From assembly GCA_963700985.1 (NCBI GenBank), contig OY969554.1:1824001-1888000 (forward strand): a stretch of DNA of 64,000 nt, written 5' to 3'. Source of the stretch: an uncultured Chlamydiales bacterium (GTDB lineage Bacteria > Chlamydiota > Chlamydiia > Chlamydiales > Rhabdochlamydiaceae). A program made the position numbers and the translations under genes. Below, piece after piece: positions 41,501 through 50,434 of this stretch. Every line of letters starts with the position of its first letter. The stretch's first letter is position 1. The notes under the pieces are model-generated. The model worked only from the letters and a program-made list of their open reading frames with translations, had not been told where the DNA came from and ran no database searches.

Positions 41501-43974
41501 CAATCGCCACTTAGTAATATAAGTCTTAATGAATGAGGTATTTTTTGTTTTTGGCCTTGTAAATATTCTACCAGCATTTGCATCGCCATCGGAACTGAAT
41601 TCCAGATGGTTACTTCGTGCTGTTCAATCAACGCAAGCCAATGGTCAGGGTTCTTTATTTTATCTGCATCGGGAATTACGATGGATGCTCCCTCTGATAA
41701 CATACCAAAGATGTCATAGACAGATAGATCGAAGGATAAAGAGGAAAATGCCAGAATTTTATCCTTCTTTGAAATATGAAAACGTCGATTGATGTCGATA
41801 ATAGTGTTCATTGCGGAACGATGTTGGATCATTACACCTTTAGGGTTACCTGTGCTTCCTGAAGTGTAAATCACATAGGCTAAATCGTCGCTTTTTTGAA
41901 TTACTTTTAATGCTTGGGTGTCTTTGGTCTCGAGATAAGTGTCTACGCTAATGAGGTTTATGTTTTGGGGCCATAAGAGGGTATCTTGAAAGTGCTTTTG
42001 TGTTAAAACGATCTTGACTTCTGCTTGGGCTAATAAGTCTTTTAAACGTTGCGGCGGTATTGCGGGGTTGACTGGCAAATAGGCTCCGCCTGCTTTCTGA
42101 ATTGCTAGCACACTGACAATTTGCTCCCATCCCTTATCACAAACTATGGCAATTAATTCCCCAGATTTTATTTTGTGATTTTGAATTTGAAGAGCAAAAT
42201 TATTTGATAAAACATCTAATTCTCTGTACGTTATTTGTTTATTCGAAGTAATTATGGCTATTTCATCTGGATTTTTCTTAGCTTGAATTGAAAAAGGTGT
42301 AATCATTAACTGGCTAGGAATATCAGCTGATGTCGAATTGATCTGATCGCACAAACTCTGCATAACCTGAGAGGTCAAGTTATGTGTTGTTGCTTCCCAA
42401 GCTTTTTGATCCAGTAATTGAAGCAGGAGCCGTTGATACGCTTCAAACATGTCGTCGAGCAAATGTTGAGGAAACAAGGCTTCAATGGCATCCCAGCTAT
42501 AATGTAGTTCCCCATTTTCTTCTGCCACTTGATGATCTAAATAGACTTGTGGAGTTTCAGTAATAGCATATTTTATTTTTCCGAATCTTTCTTTATAAAG
42601 ACTGCCAATTCCCAGCCAACTAGTGAAAACGACAGGCATTAAAGGAAAAGGATTATGCTGGGCTTTTCCAAGCATCCGCAATACTTCTATCCCATGAATA
42701 ACGCTATGACTTAAATCTTCCAGTAATTGTTTTTGTGTTATTTGAGTTCTGTCAAAAAAACTACGGGTGATTGCGTTTTGGACTTCAAGCAAAATCAATG
42801 TTGTAAAATCTCCAACAAGTTGATTAACTTCAGGATGCATCGGAAAACGTCGAAATTGCGTTAAATTTAAAGTGAAATGCGGCGTTTTGCTCCAGTGACC
42901 TAATACTTCACAAAAAACCGTTATTAGTAGTGCTGCAGGGGTAATATTGGCTTCTTGAGCCAGCAACTGCAATTTCTGCCATTGCGTTTTTGTAAGTTTG
43001 CCTTCTCGACGGGAAAAATGAGATTTCTCTTTTAGGCTTTTAGTGAGTATTGGCAGTTCAGGAGGCCCAGGCAAACTTTGGACGCGTGATTGCCAATAGT
43101 TTAAATCATTTTGGTAAGCATCCGTATTTTTTAAAGTTGCTTCAGCTAATACATATTCACGAAAACTAATATCTAAATGTTTCGGTAATTCTTTGGGATT
43201 ATTATAAAGCCTGAATAGCTCATCCATTAAAAGGACGTAGCTCCACGCATCTCCAATTAACAAATCATAGTTAAAATGAATCCGTGTAAGATTGCCAGGC
43301 AGATGGCTGGCTTGCAAAGTAAATAAAGGCCAACGATTTGTGGACAAAACCTCATGCGATAATTCTGCTCGGGTCTTGGCTAGAGAGAGTTTTCTTTCAT
43401 TTTCAGGCAGCTCTCGCAAATCATGACATTCTATACGATAGTATTTAACTTCTCGTAAAATTCGCTGCTGTCCATCTTCTTCAATGATAGCACGCAACAT
43501 ATCATGTCGCTGAATGAGAAGATTCCAAGCTTTTTCAAATCGTTCTAGATCTAAATCTTTTGAGTCAATTTCAACATATATGTGGCAGGATGTCCCTCCC
43601 CAAATAAATTCACTTCTTCTACCCACCCAATATGCTTGCTGAATAGGGCTTAAGGGGAACGGCTCATATCTATTCTGAAGGTCGGCCTCAATTTGCGGAA
43701 TTTCTAAACCCTTATGTGCCTTTTTTGGGGCAATTTTGGCGATGTCCGCTATCGTTTGATTAAAAATATCGAGAATATTTAAATCTAAGTGCAGCTTTTC
43801 GTTAATTTTGTCTGCAATTTGAGCTGCTAGTAGAGAATGACCACCCAGCGCAAAAAAATTATCATGGCGCCCAATCTTTTCAAAGCCAAAGACTTCTTCC
43901 CATATTTTTGTTAGCTTTTCTTCTATTTCCCCTTGAGGAGGCTCGAAAAAACTTTCAGGATTATCATTCGACAT
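38551..43974 (-). CDS. Single-module NRPS: PCP-Cy-A(Cys, Ox-interrupted)-PCP-TE
   Basis: PCPs FFALGGHSL and FFNIGGHSL; Cy FPLSPIQQAYWVGR, DLLIGDAWS, PVVFTS, TPQVYLDHQ; A YTSGSTGNPKG, FDLSVYD, TGDLG; Ox YFSGGRLYPV, YYYNP..H, PLYG...LEAG; TE GWSMG and GNH. Confidence 0.92.
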   Translation of the reverse strand: MSNDNPESFFEPPQGEIEEKLTKIWEEVFGFEKIGRHDNFFALGGHSLLAAQIADKINEKLHLDLNILDIFNQTIADIAKIAPKKAHKGLEIPQIEADLQNRYEPFPLSPIQQAYWVGRRSEFIWGGTSCHIYVEIDSKDLDLERFEKAWNLLIQRHDMLRAIIEEDGQQRILREVKYYRIECHDLRELPENERKLSLAKTRAELSHEVLSTNRWPLFTLQASHLPGNLTRIHFNYDLLIGDAWSYVLLMDELFRLYNNPKELPKHLDISFREYVLAEATLKNTDAYQNDLNYWQSRVQSLPGPPELPILTKSLKEKSHFSRREGKLTKTQWQKLQLLAQEANITPAALLITVFCEVLGHWSKTPHFTLNLTQFRRFPMHPEVNQLVGDFTTLILLEVQNAITRSFFDRTQITQKQLLEDLSHSVIHGIEVLRMLGKAQHNPFPLMPVVFTSWLGIGSLYKERFGKIKYAITETPQVYLDHQVAEENGELHYSWDAIEALFPQHLLDDMFEAYQRLLLQLLDQKAWEATTHNLTSQVMQSLCDQINSTSADIPSQLMITPFSIQAKKNPDEIAIITSNKQITYRELDVLSNNFALQIQNHKIKSGELIAIVCDKGWEQIVSVLAIQKAGGAYLPVNPAIPPQRLKDLLAQAEVKIVLTQKHFQDTLLWPQNINLISVDTYLETKDTQALKVIQKSDDLAYVIYTSGSTGNPKGVMIQHRSAMNTIIDINRRFHISKKDKILAFSSLSFDLSVYDIFGMLSEGASIVIPDADKIKNPDHWLALIEQHEVTIWNSVPMAMQMLVEYLQGQKQKIPHSLRLILLSGDWIPLELVPKIHELSSSPIEIISLGGATEASIWSVYYPIKRIEDSWKSIPYGKPLSNQQIWVFDDNLEVRPSWVIGKLYIGGSGLAQGYWKDEKMTRDSFIFHPLTQERLYNTGDLGRYLPSGNIEFLGRDDFQVKISGHRVELGEVEYQLSRNPSVEQAIVDAVGEGAYRQLVAYILPKGIKEEDEMLGQAVIRDFQKKNAFRLKQIGIRQFPSNTKMYPIGSLDNILNFEEKYFYQKRYRKFAEGTLKHRQLVRLLELIPIKETDIEDDTEVVGCNLVTEEGLDQLLSVFAAYAKDLALPNYRYFSGGRLYPVNVYVWLTAQNPCKLAEGVYYYNPILHGLFLVTPTQVDEIRIEFVANLNAISPLYGPLAMRLCELEAGSMQHLLKSACEEKKYSCIEGENDLEEALWLDLLKLDKNHHLLSVFYINSSKTFPSSQNIKSPKVFVYVKPDRFYDLIQGLYIWKDNKLEIIDPSYVLDSYAYGFNADLLNEAAFSIFFIGESNPLVLREVGEQIQKIMENRLEGDIGFYSPLAAISSKAMHSIPLIAPNETFLCGILGGYIDNELKQAPSIPEQNPISKIESQLRKFLKDHLPDYMLPQIYIPIETVPLTINNKVDKKKLGELHKDKVTQKQHQPPKTKIEKQLAKIWSDILKTDEFGINDSFFNIGGHSLLAIQMLSRIKNEFQIEVPLSIVFENPTISALSEVIQQPNENFLASHIVSIQTKGSNTPYFAVHPIGGNAYWYIDLSRSLGKNQPFYGIQQIFIFDKHESIKQMAATYIRAMQQVQPKGPYTLIGWSMGGVIAHEMAYQLEKAGENVARVVLIDSSLWLGKKLYPFDNSAWVLTQFALDVASRYGIVLNISQEELEPLSLDEQIHLLLSKAKEAKVIHEEMGIDQIKQWIYQVQLNARSLKEHLPNIIKSPLLVLVASESIGDIKKIPKNEARTMWSPYTEGGIQVEKISGNHYSLLTKFADEISPLLNESS

Positions 43975-44072
43975 AGTTATTCTCTAAAGACGGCAGATTT
44001 AATTAGTCGAGTTTGTTTTGAGACATACAACTTTTTGATATTTTGAAATATAAGAAAATAGCAATAGTCCTC

Positions 44073-44162
44073 TTATTTTTTATCCAAGCTTTTATCTTCT
44101 TTCAGCATGTTTAGCGTTCCGCGTCTTATTACTGAGAAACTTTTTGCGCCATCTTCACCCTG
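44073..44162 (-). mobile_element. Probable ISAs1-family transposase C-terminal relic
   Basis: Startless frame EDGAKSFSVIRRGTLNMLKEDKSLDKK* resembles the ISAs1 consensus GAENFSxLRRIALNLLKxDKS (recalled from memory, not searched). Confidence 0.5.
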
Positions 44163-44189
44163 ACAAAAACTCCTTTTCCCAAGTCCTTA

Positions 44190-46394
44190 TTAGAGGTTGC
44201 CGGTTTGGACGAGATCGCGGTAGGTGCCTGGAGTGCTCTTGAGAGCTTCGTGGTTGCCTCTTTGGATGATTTTGCCTTTAGCAAGGACGATGATCTCATC
44301 GCAGTCACGAATGGAGCTTAGGCGGTGGGCGACCATCACGCATGAGCAGCCGCGCTGGCGAATATTTTGAATGATGGCTTCCTCGGTTTTGGTATCTAAG
44401 GAGCTTGTCGCTTCATCGAGCACGAGAATTTTGGGGTTGAGCAGAAGGCCGCGGGCAATTTCTAACCTCTGCCTTTGCCCGCCCCCGATATTCATGCCTC
44501 TTTCGGTCAATTGATAGGAGTAGCCGCCGGGCTTTTGCATGATTTCCTCGTGGATGCAGGCGTCTTTGGCCGCACGAATAATCTCATCATCACTCACGGT
44601 GTGATCATAGAGAGTAATGTTGTCTTTAATCGTTCCACTGAAGAGAAAGATCTCTTGATCGATTGTTGCAAGCGAAGCGAAGAGATCTTGCCTTGAATGC
44701 TCAAGGCGTGTTTTTCCATCGAAGAGAATATCTCCCGTCCAGGGTTGGACGAGCCCCGAAATCAATCTTCCAATTGTAGTCTTGCCGCACCCGGATGGCC
44801 CTACAAGCGCAATCTTTTGCCCAGGAGTGAGGTGCAAGTTGAAATCTTCGATAAAGGGTGGGTCGAGAGGTGAGTAGCCATAACTGACATTTCGCAATTC
44901 TAAATACCCTTCCAGGCGTTTTATGGGCTCTGTCCTCTCCTTATTCTTCTGAATGTCTTCATCTCTAAATAAGGGGTCGATGGGATTTTTCATGACATCA
45001 TCAATCCGGGCCATATCGATTTTGAGGTTCTGAATCGATTGGCCAAGATCCACGAGCTCTTTTACAGGAGTAGTAAAGTTAGTAATGAATAGTTGTAAGG
45101 AGGTGTAAAGACCCATGGTGAAATTCTCAGTCATGAGCATCCACCCACCAACTCCGAATAGAACTGTTGAAATAAGAGTCTGAGTGAAGGTGGGAAGAGA
45201 GATGCAGAAGACATTGATTTTGCCTAGCCGCTGCTCGGTGTTAAGTGATTTCTTAAAATATCCGATTAGCTTTGAGAAAAAAGCTGATTCATCACCCATC
45301 GCTTTGATCGACTCAATGCAACTTAAGCCTCCAATTGTAAATCCCATGAATTTGCCATAATCCTGTTGCAGCTTTGCATAGGCATCATTGCGACGCTTTT
45401 GCAGGAGCACAACAGCCACAAAATTGAGAGATGTTAACAGAATTACAATCACGGCGATGGTCGCGCTGAAAAGGAACATGAGGCTGGCGTAGATGATCAT
45501 GAAGAGCAGGCTTATGCAAGCAGGGGCAAGCCGGCCTGTGAGCTCATTGATTACTGTATCATTTAAGGAGAGACGATAAGCGATCTCTCCACCATAACGC
45601 TGTTGGAAAAATGTAATCGGAAGCTTAAGAATATGCATTAAATACTGGCCAGAAAGCGCGATGGAGAGCCTTGTATTCAGCCGGGTCAAAAGATATTGCT
45701 GTAGCCAGACCAAGAGTCCCGTCAATAGGACCAGCAGGCACATCGAAAAAATAAACCAATTTGACCAGGAGAACATATGTTTTTCGATGATGATGTCGAA
45801 AAATATCTTGTTAAAGAAAGGATATAGAGCGCCTGCAATCATGATGCAAAAACCGCTGAACAATAGAAAAAAGACCGCGGGTTTTGAATTTTTTAATCTG
45901 TCGAAGACGCCTGGCCAAATTGAAGGTGGCCTTCCAGAAGGTTTGAAGCTCTCAGTTTTAGCAAAAGTAAATACAATGCCGGAATAACTCTCTTCAAATT
46001 CAGAAAAGGGGATCTTTCTTGGACCAGAAGCCGGGTCATTGAGATACACATGGGTTTTCGAAAAACCCTCCACAACAAGAAAGTGACGAAAATCCCAGAG
46101 TACAATGAAGGGCAGTTCGAGTTCTTGTAGCTCCTCCACACTCTTTTTAAAGACTTTGGATTGCAGGCCGTAGGTCTCAGCCGCCTTTTTTATGTTTAGG
46201 GCGTTGCTGCCATCACGAGAGACGCCGCACTCAACCCGAAGCTCTTCTAAAGGGATAAAGTAGCCAAAATAGCCGAGAATGATGCCAAGAGAGGCCGCTC
46301 CACACTCTACGGCTTCCATTTGGATAACCGTCGGAGTTCGGACACGCTTTACGTGGCGCCAAGCTGAAAAAAAGGATTTCAGCTTCTCTATCAT
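44190..46394 (-). CDS. NHLP-system ABC transporter with C39 peptidase domain (NHLM ABC1 type)
   Basis: VRTPTVIQMEAVECGAASL, CGVSRDGS, HFLVVEG, NDPA; Walker A GPSGCGKTT, LDEATSSLD. Confidence 0.94.
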   Translation of the reverse strand: MIEKLKSFFSAWRHVKRVRTPTVIQMEAVECGAASLGIILGYFGYFIPLEELRVECGVSRDGSNALNIKKAAETYGLQSKVFKKSVEELQELELPFIVLWDFRHFLVVEGFSKTHVYLNDPASGPRKIPFSEFEESYSGIVFTFAKTESFKPSGRPPSIWPGVFDRLKNSKPAVFFLLFSGFCIMIAGALYPFFNKIFFDIIIEKHMFSWSNWFIFSMCLLVLLTGLLVWLQQYLLTRLNTRLSIALSGQYLMHILKLPITFFQQRYGGEIAYRLSLNDTVINELTGRLAPACISLLFMIIYASLMFLFSATIAVIVILLTSLNFVAVVLLQKRRNDAYAKLQQDYGKFMGFTIGGLSCIESIKAMGDESAFFSKLIGYFKKSLNTEQRLGKINVFCISLPTFTQTLISTVLFGVGGWMLMTENFTMGLYTSLQLFITNFTTPVKELVDLGQSIQNLKIDMARIDDVMKNPIDPLFRDEDIQKNKERTEPIKRLEGYLELRNVSYGYSPLDPPFIEDFNLHLTPGQKIALVGPSGCGKTTIGRLISGLVQPWTGDILFDGKTRLEHSRQDLFASLATIDQEIFLFSGTIKDNITLYDHTVSDDEIIRAAKDACIHEEIMQKPGGYSYQLTERGMNIGGGQRQRLEIARGLLLNPKILVLDEATSSLDTKTEEAIIQNIRQRGCSCVMVAHRLSSIRDCDEIIVLAKGKIIQRGNHEALKSTPGTYRDLVQTGNL

Positions 46395-47698
46395 GGATTT
46401 GTGTCCTTAGATAAGTGGCGAAAGATATACGGAGCTATTTTGTCAGGCAAAATGTACATGATGGGGGGCTTTTCATCTGTAATAGTAAGCACTGTGCCTG
46501 TTGTGCCTGAATCGAGTAGCCATGGCGGCCCTTGTCCGGTAGACCAGCGGTAACCACTCTGTGTATGTGGGTCTTGATCTAAGCGGATAATTGCGAGGTA
46601 GACCAGTTTATTGTCATCCTTAAGAAAGTCGACAATGTCTTTGTTTTTTACTTGAGCCATAAGTTCTTGGCTCGTCACAGGGTAAGGCGTGATAAACTGC
46701 GTGGTGCCGAGAAGATAGCCATATTCTTTTGGATCGACACCTGACACTTCGATTTCTGTCTTGAGATTAACATCTAAGCTCTCTCCAAATTCTGCTCCAT
46801 AACAAGCGACATATTGAAGGAGCTGACCTTTTTGAAGCGGCAGTTCCAAAGAAGCAATTTCCATGCCAGAATCGACGTGATCTCCAGCCGAGACGACAAT
46901 CTCTAATACTTTGCCTGTTTTTCCTGCATAAACATTCAAAAACTTATCTTGTAATTCGAGGCGAGCAAGCTCATCTTTTTGGGCATCAATCACAGCTTTC
47001 TTAGCATTGATCTCATCTTGGGCATAAGACTTAGAAAATTGCGCTTGCAGAGATGAAACTTGAGCCATGTTCGACTCAATATCGAGATGCGCTTGCTGAA
47101 GGGCATTTCGCGCATTTTCTACATCGCGAGGTGCTAAAATTCCTATTTGCTCAAGTCGAATTTTGGAAGCTAAATCTTTTTCTAAAAATGGGATCTTACT
47201 TTGGGCAGACTTCATGGCGAGTTGAGTGGCTTCGATCTGCTTTTGGATAGAACTTTTTCGCGCAGCGTCTTCAGATTCTATTCTTACATTATAGGCTTGA
47301 AGATCGTTTTCGCTGACCTGGATTTGTTCTTTTTTCAACTGAATATCGAGCGCAAGGGAGGCGTTTTGTAGCCTTGCGATTAAGGTTCCCTCTCCCACGA
47401 GCTGTCCAGCTGTAGCATAGACTCTATTTACAGTTCCTGCAATCGATGTAGTAATGACATAAGGTCCTTCTTGAGTAAGAGAGATTCCCGAGCCCTTTAC
47501 CTTAATAGGAATGGTTCCAAAGAAACTCCAGACAAGGGCTATGAAGATAATCGCAAACGAAGTGCTGAGCGTGAGCCAGCTTTTAGAGGTGACGATTTGC
47601 ATCAACTCTTCTAAATCTTCGGCAGAAGTCAACCTGGTAAATTTTGCTTTTTCGTTTTCCTTTTCGACAGCTTCAGGATTTGGATTTTCTGCTTCCAT
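46391..47698 (-). CDS. NHLP-system HlyD-family membrane fusion protein
   Basis: RLTSAEDLEELMQIV, TM segment, GTIPIKVKGSG, coiled coil, SGYRWSTGQGPP. Confidence 0.9.
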   Translation of the reverse strand: MEAENPNPEAVEKENEKAKFTRLTSAEDLEELMQIVTSKSWLTLSTSFAIIFIALVWSFFGTIPIKVKGSGISLTQEGPYVITTSIAGTVNRVYATAGQLVGEGTLIARLQNASLALDIQLKKEQIQVSENDLQAYNVRIESEDAARKSSIQKQIEATQLAMKSAQSKIPFLEKDLASKIRLEQIGILAPRDVENARNALQQAHLDIESNMAQVSSLQAQFSKSYAQDEINAKKAVIDAQKDELARLELQDKFLNVYAGKTGKVLEIVVSAGDHVDSGMEIASLELPLQKGQLLQYVACYGAEFGESLDVNLKTEIEVSGVDPKEYGYLLGTTQFITPYPVTSQELMAQVKNKDIVDFLKDDNKLVYLAIIRLDQDPHTQSGYRWSTGQGPPWLLDSGTTGTVLTITDEKPPIMYILPDKIAPYIFRHLSKDTNP

Positions 47699-47703
47699 GA
47701 TGG

Positions 47704-49347
47704 CTATTCTCCAGGGGCTAATTTACAGCGTTCTTCAATGAAGCACTCAACTGGCGTAGAAGGAGTAGAGAGAACCACCGGATATGTCAATACATCCTCC
47801 ACTTCTGTCACAATTTCACCTTCTCGATCCCAACTGATAAGTGTTCCGGAAAGAAGACGCAGCTGCAGCAAATTCTCTGTAAATAGAGTTTGCGAATTGA
47901 TTAAGCTGAGAAGTGCAGTCAGCCAGTTATTTTCTAAAGTTAATACGACGAAGTAAGAACTGAGACCGTTTTGCAATTTTATTTTCTCCGCTTCCACAGT
48001 CTTTCGATATTCTTCAGCAGCCAGTTGGTTTTTCTTTACTTCTTCGAGCAGGGCGTTTGTGGATGTATAAGAGGTTTTAAAACTAGAGATAATCTGACTC
48101 TCTAAAAGATCCATATTCACGATGGCCTGAGACCTTAAAGCACGCTGCTGTTTGACAAGGCCTCTTGCGGTGTCATTGAAGATCGGGAATGAAAAGGTGA
48201 CTCCAACGGTGTAGTCTTTTTCTGGATTTTGCGCTCTAGTAGAGTCGAACACGTGTCTTGCCCTTCCGAGAGCCGCTGTATTAAGGAAATTCGCTTCACC
48301 GACGAGATCGACAGCTGGCAGAAGCGAATTTTTAGCCGATCTCAAGTTGAGCTCTGCGATTTTAATGAGAAGGTTTGCAGAGAGAATGTCAGCTCGATTA
48401 AAGGGGATTAGGTTGAGTAAGCTGTCATACCAAGTTAGATCTAGACCGCTATAAGTGTTGAAGTCTGGAAAATCCTCTATGTTGAACTCGGGAACCTGCT
48501 GATTTTCGTCAGGAATGAATCCCATGTTGAAAAGCAGAGTGTTATAGGCGGCTTTTAAATTTTGTTCGGCTTGAATTCGATTCGCTGTGGCTAGATTTAG
48601 ATCGGCATGCGGTTGATAAGCAGTTGTGTAGCCCTCTTGCCCCTCTTTAACCAACTCATCCGCATAGCGGGCAATTTCACAAAAACGCATCTCGAGATCT
48701 TTTTGAATAGCTAACACCTTTAAGGCAGAGACGTATTGCCAATACGCCGTAATCGAATTAAAGATCGCATTGGCGATATTCTGCACGTTTTGTAAGCGAA
48801 AGGCTTTGAGTTGTAGCCGCTGCGTCTCTTCGAGAGTAGTCTGTGGACTATACAGAAGGTTGCGCAAGAGCGGCTGATTAACCGATACCCCCACGGTGGT
48901 GGAATCTTGAGGCGAAGGGATAATTGTGGGGTTAATGATGTTGTCATTCGAGAAATTGATCGAATAGGTCGTTCCGAATCGAGAGAGCGTTTGCAACGAG
49001 ACTACGGTATTCGTGGTTCTTCCATGAAAATGGGTTTTATTTCCCGGAGGATTTTGAATATCTCTTTGAAACAGACGTGTTCCTTCTGAGGTTAGCAGGG
49101 GATTAAAAGCTCCCGTTGCCTGTTCAAGCAAGCCCTCTTGAGTCTTAATAGTAAGCTCGGATGTCTGCACAGACCATTGAAACTCAAGGGTATGCATGAT
49201 CACTTCATCCAAAGTAAGCAGAGGCTTTTCTTCCAAATACAGAATGGGCGCAGCGTGAACTGCAAGGGAAAACCCAACGACAAAAGCGATGGATAGATAG
49301 GCGAAAATCATGTCACTTCTGTGATATTTAAAATATTTGCTTGTCAC
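47704..49347 (-). CDS. TolC-family outer membrane efflux protein (start may be ATG 49311)
   Basis: Signal peptide, VNQPLLR, KNSLLPAVDL, GVTFSFPIFN, E..KLQNGLSS.F.VL repeats. Confidence 0.85.
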   Translation of the reverse strand: MTSKYFKYHRSDMIFAYLSIAFVVGFSLAVHAAPILYLEEKPLLTLDEVIMHTLEFQWSVQTSELTIKTQEGLLEQATGAFNPLLTSEGTRLFQRDIQNPPGNKTHFHGRTTNTVVSLQTLSRFGTTYSINFSNDNIINPTIIPSPQDSTTVGVSVNQPLLRNLLYSPQTTLEETQRLQLKAFRLQNVQNIANAIFNSITAYWQYVSALKVLAIQKDLEMRFCEIARYADELVKEGQEGYTTAYQPHADLNLATANRIQAEQNLKAAYNTLLFNMGFIPDENQQVPEFNIEDFPDFNTYSGLDLTWYDSLLNLIPFNRADILSANLLIKIAELNLRSAKNSLLPAVDLVGEANFLNTAALGRARHVFDSTRAQNPEKDYTVGVTFSFPIFNDTARGLVKQQRALRSQAIVNMDLLESQIISSFKTSYTSTNALLEEVKKNQLAAEEYRKTVEAEKIKLQNGLSSYFVVLTLENNWLTALLSLINSQTLFTENLLQLRLLSGTLISWDREGEIVTEVEDVLTYPVVLSTPSTPVECFIEERCKLAPGE

Positions 49348-49427
49348 ATCTTAGACATAGTTGATTCAAATATTTTTTAATAGCTGATTTACCAGTCGTA
49401 TAAAACGAGCAACAAAAGATACAAACG

Positions 49428-49484
49428 AATAGAACAGGATAAGCAAGATAAAAGATTAAAATATCCTTCGTATCCTGTTTTATT
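49428..49484. repeat. Imperfect palindrome with periodic AGGAT/ATCCT units at the right edge of the biosynthetic locus
   Basis: AATAGAACAGGATAAGCAAGATA vs TATCCTTCGTATCCTGTTTTATT. Confidence 0.5.
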
Positions 49485-50434
49485 TAAACAGGTTGAGTCG
49501 TGCTTAAGGAGGAGGGGAGGACTTCGCAGATGTGGCTTTTTTGATGGCGAAGCAGCATCAGGCGATCGAAGCCCACGGCAACGCCGCAGCATTCAGGGAG
49601 ACCTCGGTCTAGGGCTTGAATGAGAATCTCATCAAGAGGCAGGGGGGCTTTGCCTAGTTTTTGCCTCTCTTCATTGGATGCCAAAAACCGCCGCCGCTGT
49701 TCGACAACGTCAGTCAGCTCATGATAGCCATTAGCCAGTTCGATGCCGTTGAAGTAGACCTCAAAACGTTCGGCAATAGCTTCACCATCGCGAAGGCTCG
49801 TTCGGGCCAGTGCTGCTTGTGAGGCGGGAAAATCGCGAATGATAACTAACTCTTCTTTTGGCAGCTTGGGCTCAACTACAAAACTCATTAGACAATTTAG
49901 CAGAGTGTCGCGGTCCCACTCTTCCTTTTCAAAAGAGAGCGCAAGTTCATGCCTTTTCGCGCAATCGATGAGCTGCTCGATGGATGCCTGCATATAGTCG
50001 ATGCCAGCGTGGGTCTTGAAGATCTCGCGATAGATAAAGGTGGTTGAGGTTTTTTTTCCTAAGAACAATTGGATGAATTCGAGAGTCTCAGAAATCATCT
50101 TCTCAAAGGAAAATCCGCAGCGATACCACTCGACCATGGTAAATTCTGGCTCATGACGCGCGCCGATCTCACCCTTGCGAAAGACGTGGCTGAGTTGATA
50201 GATGTCGCCGATTCCCAAAGAAAGCAGGTGTTTCATGCCATATTCGGGAGAGGTATGGAGATAGCCGTTTTCTCCCTCTTTAACCTTTACTTCCATCACA
50301 TCGATGTGAGTATCGATATTGGCCGACAGGCTTAAAGCAGGACAATCTACTTCAAGCACAGATCTTTCTGCAAAAAAAGAGCGGGATCGCGCGAACATGC
50401 TCGCGCGATCTTTAAGCACATGAATTTTAGACAC
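49484..50434 (-). CDS. epmA: EF-P lysine beta-lysylation enzyme EpmA (GenX/PoxA)
   Basis: LHTSPEYGMK, FRKGE..RHEPEFTMVEWY, ERFE...IELANGYHEL, GVAVGFDRL; no anticodon domain; next to efp; GTG start at 50434 inferred. Confidence 0.92.
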   Translation of the reverse strand: MSKIHVLKDRASMFARSRSFFAERSVLEVDCPALSLSANIDTHIDVMEVKVKEGENGYLHTSPEYGMKHLLSLGIGDIYQLSHVFRKGEIGARHEPEFTMVEWYRCGFSFEKMISETLEFIQLFLGKKTSTTFIYREIFKTHAGIDYMQASIEQLIDCAKRHELALSFEKEEWDRDTLLNCLMSFVVEPKLPKEELVIIRDFPASQAALARTSLRDGEAIAERFEVYFNGIELANGYHELTDVVEQRRRFLASNEERQKLGKAPLPLDEILIQALDRGLPECCGVAVGFDRLMLLRHQKSHICEVLPSSLSTTQPV

